The position numbers were made by a program, and so were the translations under genes. Of a stretch of DNA of 64,000 bases, positions 32,461-43,049 are shown one piece after another (position 1 is the first letter of the stretch; each line of letters starts with the position of its first letter). The stretch is from the IMG/VR virus record IMGVR_UViG_3300033067_002132, positions 32,001-96,000 of that record; one strand, 5' to 3'. The notes below the pieces were generated by a model. The model searched no databases. It was not told where the DNA came from and saw nothing but the letters and a program-made list of their open reading frames with translations. The stretch comes from a virus (lineage: Duplodnaviria > Caudoviricetes).

Positions 32461-32489
32461 CGAAAGGGAAAAGAGATGGCATGATTAGA

Positions 32490-32850
32490 ACGTTGACCGG
32501 GAGTAAGACATTAGACGCTAATAACGGCTAATCTCGAAAATGAAACCGGGATTTGACATATTAAGAGTAAATGATGGCGCTATTAAGTCGTCTCTATAGA
32601 AAATTTTAGCCAAATCTAGGGGAATTGGATACCTTGTATCCGACCCGCTTTTGAAATACTAGACTTAGACGAAATTGAAAAGCTAAAGACTTTGGGGGTT
32701 GGGAGGAACTTAAAACCCCCTGCAATTTTTAAGAGAAAAACATCGGCCGATGGGAGAGTTTAAAAAACCATAACTATCCACGCGAGATAGGGATTAAATA
32801 AAAATATTCTAGCCCTGGTCGGGCTTTGATGCGTATTCTCTCCTCTCTTA
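32490..32850 (+). ncRNA. Candidate structured ncRNA modules
   Basis: ORF-free, downstream of TTGACG-N17-CATGAT; multiple stems and pseudoknot pairings. Confidence 0.5.
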
Positions 32851-32899
32851 TTACTAAATGCGGATTTGACAAAAGAGAAAAAGGCGGTAAGATGATTTC

Positions 32900-33636
32900 A
32901 TGTTAGTGAGGCATAGCTGACATTCACTTTCAGATTTAATAGATTTCCTAAGTTACCGTAAAAGGAACTAAAAATCTTTTAGGGTTTAGGCTAGAATACC
33001 TAAAATAGCACGTTCTCAATTGCTAATCTGACGAACGACAAATTAAATGATTAGCTAAAGGGCTCTGTATTAAAAATCTAGAAGTGGTGAAAGAGCATTA
33101 AACTTCTATATAATTTGGCCGTGATGATCGTACCAAATTTGATTGTTTTATTAATCATCTTAAAAGAAACCGGAATAGCCATACTAGTTAGGTATTGTTC
33201 CTAACGGATTAGTAGAAATATTAATCAGATTGTTCAAGTCGGTCATATGGGCTAACCCCATAAAATGGAGTTCCCCTTGCGAGGATAGAACTATAGGTTT
33301 CTTTTTATAAATTTTCGGTTATACCATACGAAACTAAGCTGAGTAAACGGTTAAAGATTTGAGGTTTAGCACTGTACAGGATCTCAAAATTCACTGTTGA
33401 AAGTCGAATATAAAACAGATATTCCTTAGCGGGAAAAAGGGTTTTATTGTTTGTTCTATAAATGGGCAGGCTAATATATAGTAACTTAGCCTTAAAATTT
33501 TAGGTAATAAATGTTGCAACGTTTATTTCCTAGTTTGGTGAAAACCAAGCTTACTAAGTAAATATACGTAATAAGGTGGAATAACCATTAATTACTATTT
33601 TCAATTGTGTGTATGCGAGCAAGGTCGCATATTTTA
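32900..33636 (+). ncRNA. Candidate large ornate ncRNA (~735 nt, GOLLD/ROOL size class)
   Basis: ORF-free; sigma70 promoter at 32866; nested long-range helices, GNRA-capped hairpins, one pseudoknot. Confidence 0.65.
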
Positions 33637-34770
33637 CTTAATAATTTGCACTGTGCTAAAGCCTCCCGTCTAATTAACGGTCCTATCAGCCGAGGCAATC
33701 CCGTATGATAGTAGTCGGGCCAAATTTAACAAAAGAATAATTATATGAGCGCAAAAGGTGTCCATGATCGTTGTTCAGAATTAAAAGATAATAAAGAAAC
33801 TCGCAATCTTAAAAACACTAAACGATGGCTTAAAAGAATAAAGCATCGAAAAGATCGGCGTGAGAATAAAGTAACAGAAATGGAATAATTATATGAATGG
33901 CAAACATCTTGGAGAATTATATTTAAAGTTTCATAAAGGTGATAGTCTTACAGACGCCGAATTGAAAGAATATAATAAATTTTGCGACGAAATGGCGAAT
34001 TTTTGTGGTGTTACAGGAAATTCAATGGTTCTGCCTCGATTTGCAATAGATTGGCAGACTACTGAAAACCAAATGTTTCATCGGAAAATTGATAAAGAAT
34101 AATTTTTTAAATTGTAGTCAGAGAAATCTGATGGGATAATGCGGAAAAAGATATACTAGTGAGATGTGTATCCTGTTGCCGCTGACCTAATGGGGAAGAA
34201 CCAGGCATCCCGGGAAATTGCTCACCAACAGCCTTACAATTTATTATTTGACAACACAGAAAAGAAAGTATATAGTCTTAACCATGACACCAAACGATAT
34301 TCAAGTAGGTAAAATTTACGTTAACTCTATTAAAAACCAAAAATATTTGGGTATTGGTTTACGAAAAATGTGGGAAGGAACCTTTGGTAATAAAGATTCA
34401 AATTTTGAAGAAAAAAGGCTTGTAATTATAGAAGGAAATCCTGAGTATATTGGATTAATTGTTCAATCTCCCGAAAATTGTTCAGAAGAATATTGGGATG
34501 ATTTCCGACTAGATAATAGTTAATTTTAATAGTATATGCGGACAGGCAAATGTGGGATAATTCGCCTAGGCCAATGCGACCGCCCCCACTATACTATTTT
34601 ATATAATTGTAAAAGATTTGAGAGTTAGAACGGTCAAAACATGCAAAGAAATCTACATTTCATTTGCAAACAATACCGGCATAGTGTAGAATATGTCTCT
34701 CAGATGGAATAATAGATACGACAGTTATAGTTGAAACATTTTTCTAAATAATTGCCGTTGACTGATTTTC

Positions 34771-34907
34771 GGCTGTATAGTTTAATTAGAGATCTGAATG
34801 GGTAGAAACAACTAAAAAGTACAATTAGGATGACTATCGGTAGGATTTCATAGTAAAACCTTGGAGTAATCCATTACATGCTTGGTCAATACAGGCTACA
34901 GCCACCA
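34771..34907 (+). ncRNA. tRNA-like RNA with expanded D-loop and variable region, CCA end
   Basis: GGCTGTA/TACAGCC-ACCA acceptor; GCTTG/CAGGC T-stem. Confidence 0.65.
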
Positions 34908-35237
34908 ATTTCATTCGGGTAAAAGATAGATGCTTCCAATAGAGCAAACCAAAAAATTTGTAGCTATTAGCGTATATGAAGCGAATAAGTAAACCAAAAG
35001 TTGAAATGCGAGTAATTATCGCGTGAAATCCTTAATTTACCCGGATGAAAATTTTATGAAAACATTTCTTTTAACTTATACAGAAGACGTTACTCATATC
35101 GGGGATGATAGCGAAAGAACAGAAATCAATACGGATTTCTTGCATACCACAAAAGAGCGGGCTATTATTCTAAGAGACGAAAAACTCGCCAAACCGAATA
35201 TTTATTCTAACGTTAAACTTTACGAACTGACCGAATT

Positions 35238-35585
35238 ATGAAAATTACTGTATCTTACGAAGAAGCGGTGAGGTTAATTTGCGAAAAGATTCCCGGCGCA
35301 ACGGAAGTTGTTATTTCGAGAAAAAAGAAGATTCCTGTATCAGATCTTCCTGTACAATGTAAACAAGCATTAAATGCGATTGCGCAGCATTTTACCGAAG
35401 AACAAGCGACAAGTGGAAAAATTCCTTTTATTAAAAGTATTCGTGAAATTTTTGCTCACCTTGGATTGGCGGATGCTAAATATTTAACTGAAAGGGGCCG
35501 ATCTCTTTTAATTAGAGAATTTTCTAAAGGAAAAATTCCCGTTTTTACTTTTGATCATATTCTTAGTTGGCAAGTTCCACATTGA
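35238..35585 (+). CDS. Protein with ribosomal bL12 C-terminal-domain-like motif
   Basis: KIPFIKSIREIFAHLGLADAKYLTE resembles KI..IK..R....LGL.EAK..VE. Confidence 0.55.
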   Translation: MKITVSYEEAVRLICEKIPGATEVVISRKKKIPVSDLPVQCKQALNAIAQHFTEEQATSGKIPFIKSIREIFAHLGLADAKYLTERGRSLLIREFSKGKIPVFTFDHILSWQVPH

Positions 35586-36646
35586 CTAATTGGAAATTCA
35601 TTTAAGTAATTTATGAAATTTCAAATAATTAAGCCAGTCGCCCGAGACAGTCAAATTTATAATGCGGCCGATAAGCCTGGAATGGGACGAGGAAAAAAGA
35701 TAATTCCTGGCGGCAGAGTGGTTGTTGACAAAAATATTTGTTTAATCTATAGTGTCATTGGATACGAAGAAAACAATGCTATTTGTCAAAGTTGGGACGC
35801 TTTTGGTACTGTTTATGAAGAAAGAATTCCAAAGGAAAATCTAATTTCTTATTCAAAAAATAAACTATCGCAAAAATCAGAAGAAGAAATGGAAAGAGAT
35901 TTAGAAGAACAACTTCTTTCTGAAACAGGGTGTACGTATTGGTCTAATTAAAAAAAATATGAAAGTTACATTAAATACCCCACCGGCACAAAAAATTGTT
36001 TGTTTAAATGATTTTAAAGATGGAGAAATTGGCGTTATTGATAAATGGATACATCCTCAGTATGAAGGACTTGTCGTTCAACGTTATGATACGGGTTTAG
36101 TTATATTTGGAAAAGAAACTCGCTCATGTTTTCCTTTCATTTATCAAGATAAGAATTTTCACCTTTTAAATGATATTAATAAAGCTGCAATTCGTTTGCT
36201 TAATTCTGGCGAATCGATTACTATTACTCCCGATTAATGATTAAATATCTTTTAATTTTAACTGATGTTGAAGTTAATCAGTATTATTATTCATTTTCTT
36301 CTGATAAGAATAAAGAAGAATTGAATGAAGAACTTATTAATGTATTAAAAAAATCTACACTTATTTATCCGGGAGTTTTTTATAATCATTCTGTACGTCC
36401 AAATTATGGTGAAAAATACGTAATTTTAACATTGGATGAATTCTGGGAAAAACATTTAAATTAAATATATGTCACTACCATTATGGACACTTCCCAAAGA
36501 AATTCGTAATTCTAAAGAAAAACATCAGCTTGTAATTCGGCTAAAAGATCATGAAGAATCTTTACAACGAGCAAAAAACATTGTAAAGTATCATGAGAAA
36601 AGAATTATTGAATTAAATGCGGAAATTAAAAAATTAGATCTATAAT

Positions 36647-36913
36647 ATGACAAAAGTCAATGTTATTTTATGTAATAAATGCGGCGATAAGATTTATAGT
36701 CGGGCGCGGCATGATTTTCGTTGGTGCTCTTGTAAATCTGTTGCGGTAGATGGGGGATTTGATTATCTTAAAATTTGTGGCGATTTAGAGAATGTTACTA
36801 AACTTACTGTAGAGATTCCCCAAACGAAAAAAGAATTATTTAACGATTGGAATTATAGATTTGATAAATACGGAGTAATTAAAGATATTGACGAAAAAGA
36901 AAATCTGGCGTAG
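36647..36913 (+). CDS. Conserved phage zinc-finger protein
   Basis: C..CGD.I.S...HDF..C.C..VAVDGG..Y. Confidence 0.7.
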   Translation: MTKVNVILCNKCGDKIYSRARHDFRWCSCKSVAVDGGFDYLKICGDLENVTKLTVEIPQTKKELFNDWNYRFDKYGVIKDIDEKENLA

Positions 36914-37004
36914 GGTAATTTTATTGGAGCCCGCATACGTGGCCCCCGGCGAACATGGGATACCGGGAATTAAAATGCGAAAGTTGTTCGTTGGCTCCAA
37001 TTTC

Positions 37005-37081
37005 GGACCTTTAGCTCAATTGGTTAGAGCGAAGCACTCATAATGCTTGGGTTATAGGTTCAAGTCCTATAAGGTCCACCA
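37005..37081 (+). tRNA. tRNA with CAT anticodon (elongator Met or Ile2)
   Basis: GGACCTT/AAGGTCC acceptor, AAGCA-CTCATAA-TGCTT, GGTTCAAGTCC, CCA. Confidence 0.92.
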
Positions 37082-38312
37082 ATTTCAAAAAAAAATATTT
37101 ATGACTAATTTAGATATCATTCAAGCTTTTTCGGCGGCGGATATTCTTTGTGCAAACGATGATATGGCGGCACAAATTAATAATCTTTCTATTCAAGAAT
37201 TAAAAGATTTAATTTTGATTTGGAAGGGTAAAAGAGATGATCCTTCTGTTAAATCGATGGTAGAATTATGTCTTGAAGATTATCTTCACGAAAAAGAAAA
37301 GATTTTTCTCGTAGCAAAATTTAAACCTTTTATTTCACAATTTACAAAAGAAGAAAAAGAATTAGTTAAAAAACATATTAGTGGATGGGCTTTTGGTTTC
37401 TTCGGAAAACTACTATAATAAAAAAATATGAAAATGATTATCTCTAAAACCGTGGTCGATGAAATTTGTGCAAGGAAAATGTCAAAACTCGCCGAAGTAA
37501 TGAAAGATGAACTTGAACGAGATATTATTGTAAAATATGAATTTACTTTAGAGGAACAAATTTCGTGTCTTCGGAATTATTTGATGGGATTACTTGGCAG
37601 TATTGTAGATGTTAATAAAGTCGAGTTTATTATTGAAGAAGAAAAAGAACAAACAACGGGACAATATACGGTTATTTATTCTCATGGGGGACTCGTTCTT
37701 AAAAAATATGTTACTTTAGATCCTACAAAAGATCCATTTCCACAAATTTTAAATAATTATCAAATTCATCCTGGAAATATCTGGTTTCTTTTTGAAGGGT
37801 GGGCTAAAGAGGTATAAAAATGAACATTTCATCTAATCTTTTAAGTAATCAAAATTTACATAAGAAAAAACAAGTTGCTATCTATATTTCTGTAGATGAA
37901 GAAGAAGAAGAAGATATTCTTCCGCTTTTAGAAACAATTTGTATAAATACTAAAGTCTTTCATCATCCGATTCAAGGTATTACAATAGCTTCTAAAGGAA
38001 TTGTAGAAATTAAACGAAATTATTAAGAAAATGAAAATCATCGGTGTCGTTATTAAAGATACTTGGGGAAAGACTTGGAAGCTACCCGCACCAAATCGTC
38101 ATGCCGATTTAATTCAATTAATGGTGAAAACTTATATTTCTACTACAGGCAAAGACGAAACGCCCAAAATACTGTTCCAAGGATTCTATACCGACACCGA
38201 TGAAATTCTTTCGAGAACTGATGCTTATCAATTAGTTAATACAACTGGACAAAAAATTATTAATCGCCCGAGTCAGCAATTATATAGCGAAGATTTGTGG
38301 TAAGTTTTAATA

Positions 38313-38436
38313 GTTAATGTAGAAAATTGGCAAATCAGGGGGTTTGTACCGAAAACAGAAATCACAGGGAAGACCGCCGATTAATGATATAGCTGTTAGA
38401 CATTAATTTATGTAGGTTCGACTCCTACCATTAACT
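38313..38436 (+). ncRNA. Class II tRNA-like RNA with inflated anticodon loop
   Basis: GTTAATG/CATTAAC acceptor, TGGCAAA D-loop, GTAGG-TTCGACT-CCTAC T-arm; no 7-nt anticodon loop and no CCA. Confidence 0.6.
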
Positions 38437-39158
38437 ATTTCTTGACTTATTTTTTTTCACTGTTAGGATTAATCCAATATGAATCCAACTAGACGAATTA
38501 CAAGACAAGAGGAACGGATAATCGATGGAAAAACCTTTATTTTAACTAAAAATGAGGAAATGAATTATAGTGGAGAATGGGAAGAAAGCGGATTCGATTT
38601 AATTATTGGAGGAAAAATTGTACAAACTTTTATTTGTTATCCATTCGACGAGTGGATTCTTGCCGAATTAAAAAGATATGTTAAGTGAAAAACAAGATTT
38701 TCTACTTTATTGGAAGCGTCGCCGTCGCGAACTATTAAACGCTCTTAATCATTATATTCAAGATAAAGGATTATCTTTTGGTATAATGGCAGGGACTTTA
38801 TTTAAAGACGATAAACATAAAATCGTCGATTTAATAGAAGATAAAACTATCGAATTGTATTTGACATTTCTAAAAAACATTGATAAACGTATTGGTGAAT
38901 TAGGACATCCAACATTAGAACAATCTGAATTTTTTAGAAACTTTAATATCAATTACTATAACTTTTTGAAAAATACTTTTGAATTTTAAAATTTATGGTT
39001 AAATATTCAATTTACGAAGTCTTTTTTAAAAGAGAAAATTATCGAAATCGCCATTATGTATTAAATCATTTATTTACTAAGAGCGAAATCGAAAATGTAT
39101 TAAAAGAGATTGACAAAAAGGGAAAATTCGAAGATGATCGATATTCAATAACGATTGT

Positions 39159-42100
39159 ATGAGAAAACGAAGACGTAATACTCCAAAAGAAATTGAAAAT
39201 TTGAAGAGGGTTCAAGCTTCAAATCCTGATAAATTAATTTATACTTCTTGGTTGGATCAATCGTATAAAGAGAGATGGTGGGTCTCGCCAGCTAAACAAT
39301 TTGATTTTAGTAAATTCGATACTCTTTTTTACTCTTTAAAACATCCAAAAGCACCCGTAATTAAATTTTAATATATGAAGGAAAATAATATCTATTTGGT
39401 TTCAGGAAAACGCGCTGATCTAATTCAAGCTATTTCTTTTTGGTTAGGAACCGAAAATAAAACAATACATCCTAATTTAGATTATCTTATTCATGGTAGC
39501 GATTATAATGATCTATATACTCTCGCTATTCTTTATGTAGATGAAACAGGTAAAAAAGAGTCCTTTCTTTCTTTTAATACAGAAGAAGGTATTTATTCTT
39601 TTTTTAGTTCTCATTCGTTATACAACGAATATAAGAGAATTAAATTTGACGGATATATTAATTTTCGTAAGTTTCTCGAAAATAAAATGACACAAAAGTA
39701 TGAAATCGGCGATATATTTTCTTATGGAGAATCGCCCGATAAAAGATATTTTATGCTTTGTACCAATTACGCGGGTCAATTTTTCTTTATTAATTTAAAT
39801 ACTTATACTACTGTCACAGCTTTTGATAATATTGATGATGTTTTTAGAAATACTTTTTACGGTGATCTAGTCTATGTAGGTAAAATTGGTGACTTTTTAA
39901 AGACTTAAATCTAATAAACATATGCTAGCTTTTCCTGGTATGCTAATTCCCGCCGCCGAAAGGGCGAAAATGAAGTGTCCAAAAGACGCTGATAAATTTG
40001 ATAGAAATGAATTTCCTCATTTTTATGTTTTTTGTATGATGCAATTAGGGCGCTCATTAGTTAATAGTTCCTCTCACTGGTCTAACGCCGAAATCATTGC
40101 TAAAATTCCTGACGACAGCATTAAAACCGTTACGCCTGCCGAACTATGCGAAATGGGTTTCGTTTAATTTAAATTAATATATGAAAATTACCGTAAAAGA
40201 AAATAAAGAAGGAAAATCCTCAAAAGTTTTTCCTATTTTGATGGAAAGTACATCAACAAATAATATTTATTTATTCCTTAATCCAAGGGAAGCGATTCCT
40301 TTAGTAATAAAAAATGGTGGTTATGAAATAGGCGAACGTATTGAAGCAGATTTTTATAATGCTCTTAAATGGGTGCGATTTTGCGGCGCAATTACTTTAG
40401 AGAACGACTAATTTTATGAAAAAAGAAGTTATTTTAAATACGGCGCGAAATACAGTAAATATTAATGAAGTTAATACAGATAAATTGTATTTACTTACAG
40501 AACCAAGTGGAAAACCAATTGGTATTTTAACAAGTGCTTCATATGTTTGTGTTTCAGATAAGAAAGATTTAGGTAATTACTTTTTTATATCATTAGACGT
40601 GGGTTTTACGCGAAGAAATGGTTATTATACTCAAGAATATAATGATACTAAACAACTTTCTTTAAAAGAATATTTTACTAAGTTTAATAGTACAACGGGA
40701 AGAAAAATTTATCAATTTGATACGTTTAAGGAAATAGCGGAATATATTGTAAAATATGAAGAATAATATGAAAAAATTTATATATTGTTATCGCAAAATC
40801 TATGCTCTAGATTATATACAAAAAGAATTAAATACAATGGGTGATGAAGGATGGGAATTAGTAAATGTTATTTATCAAGATTGTTTTTATATTGCCTTTT
40901 TTAAGAAAGAGATTTAATAATGAAACGTCGATTTAATACAAAAGCGGAAATCGCCGCGCTGAAAAGAATTCAGAAATCTAACCCGAATAAAAGAGTTTAT
41001 ATTTCTGCTGTTGCAAATCCATATAAACTTCCTTGGGTTCCTTGGTTTATTAAAGATCTTCAATTAGATAGTTTTAGTGGTTGTTTTTATTCATTAAAAC
41101 GTCCAAAAGCACCTGTCTTGAAATTTTAATAAAATTATTCAATTTATGAGGCGAAAAAATACACAAACAGAATACGAAAATTTATTAAATGTTCGCGCCC
41201 GAAATCCTAATAAATTAATCTATTTTAATTGTCCTGATCATAAATATAAAGAAGGTTGGTGCTTTGCAAAAATAGGCGCATTAAGAGATTTTTATATTGA
41301 TATGTTATTTTATACTCTTAAGCGCCCCAATACTAAAATGAAAATGTCAGAATATAAATTATGAGAAATAATACAATTAAAGAATTAAAAGAATTAGATA
41401 GGGCGCGGCGCGAAACGCCAAACAAACGTGTTTATTTCAATTTAAAATTAAATAGATATTCTGGCGGATGGTGTTCTGATATATTAAAAAATATAGAACT
41501 TCCAAGATTTCGTCTACATCCTGTGCAATTACATAATTTTTACACCTTGAAACGTCCACACGTTAGGGAAATTTCTAAATGCGATAATTGGTAATTTTAT
41601 GCTAAGAAAAAATACTCCTGAAGAAAAGGTTTTACTAAGAAAGATTTTTAAAGAAAAACCTAATAAATTAGTCTACATTAATTATATCGAAAATTCTTAT
41701 AAATCAGGATGGTATAAGGTGAAAATCGGCGCCCTTAATCATGATGTAATTAATAATATGGAATTATTCTTTACTTTAAAACACCCGAAGGTGAAGAAAA
41801 TTAGACAATATACATTAGAGTAATTATGATAAGAAAGAATACACAAGAAGAAATAGAAAATTTAAAAAGAGTTTGGGCGCAAAATCATAAAAAACTCATT
41901 TATATAAATGCTTGTATAAATCCTTATAAATACGGATGGAAAAAATACTATATAGGTGAATTTTCATACAACGAATTAATTACTTTTTTAAATAGCGGCG
42001 ATCTTTTCATTACCTTAAAAAGACCTAATTCAAAAAATATTCGCGACTTGACCTGTACAAAAGAATACGCTATCATTTATAGATAATTATATGACTAAAA

Positions 42101-43049
42101 CTATCGTAAACGGACAAATCGTAGAACAGCCCGCGCAATTAAAATCAATTGAATTATTCTACGCTCTTAATCTTTCTGATAATCCCCAAAAAGCTGCTGC
42201 AAGCCCAATTAATACAGAATTTCTTAATCATGCTTTTCATATTTCTTTAGTTCATAATGGTTTGGGCGGACAAAATGATTTAATTAAAGTAATTACTTCT
42301 TCGGGCGCAATTATTTATTATGTTGGACGATGGAATGACGGTTTAGTAAATCAGCCGAAAAAGAAGCCTATTGTTCTTAAATATTTTCTTAATTATGATA
42401 AAATTATAGAAAAAGTAATTACATCTAGACCTAAAGATTTTAATTACGTCGAATTATTAGTTAAAGAGTATCTTCTGGACACTGATCTAATCTATTGTTA
42501 TCTAAATGCAGATAATAAAGGAGATGGAACTCTTTATTTAGGTCAATGGAACGATGGAATCGTGGAATAAAATATGATTAGAACCAATACCCCAAAAGAA
42601 ATCGCCGCCATCATTGAGGCGGGGCGCAAAAACCCCAACAAGATTATTTACATAAATGCCTGTGATAATCCCTATAACTCTGGATGGTTCAAACGGAAAG
42701 CAAAAGATTTTCCCGTATTTAATGAATCTCGATTTACAAATTCATTTTGTTATCATACTCTAAAATATCCTAAGATTCTAAAACGCGACAAAATCGATTG
42801 GATTTAATTATGCTAAGATTAAACACAGAACAAGAAATCGAAGAATTAAATAGGACCTTGCGGCGCAATCCGAATAAGTTAGTTTATTATAATGCGCGCA
42901 TGAATCCTTATAATTGCGGTTGGGTAATTGCGAGAATTAAGGATATCCCTGTGAACAGTATCCCTAAACCTAAGAATTATTTTAAAATTGTTTCAGAAAG
43001 AGTCTTTTTTAGTCTAAAAAGACCTAATGCACCTATTAATGATATCTAG
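39159..43049 (+). repeat. Eight-member paralogous small-protein family (39159, 40920, 41146, 41361, 41599, 41826, 42574, 42810)
   Basis: Shared R.NT..E...L......NPNK.(I/V)Y.N...N.Y..GW...F(Y/F)(T/S)LK.P. Confidence 0.85.
40768..40917 (+). CDS. DUF4177-like small protein (not in ORF track)
   Basis: LNTMGDEGWELV...FFKKE. Confidence 0.6.
   Translation: MKKFIYCYRKIYALDYIQKELNTMGDEGWELVNVIYQDCFYIAFFKKEI

Noticed and set aside
33025-33045. Hammerhead ribozyme at CTGACGA
   Set aside because: No properly placed stem II and GAAA core follow.
34771-34907. tmRNA
   Set aside because: Only 137 nt, with no tag ORF and no alanine G3-U70 pair.
36940-36970. Resemblance of GGCGAACA..TGGGA..CCGGG to the ZTP riboswitch
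   Set aside because: The 3' CGCCTGGGC element is absent and the local pairing gives a different fold.
37047-37099. ORF-track N-terminal extensions (37047, 45162, 44824, 35023, 34218, 31465, 46069)
   Set aside because: They overlap tRNAs, structured RNAs or promoter boxes; downstream ATGs are more plausible.
39159-43049. Diversity-generating retroelement behind the paralog family
   Set aside because: No reverse transcriptase or near-identical TR/VR pair is visible, and differences are not adenine-specific.
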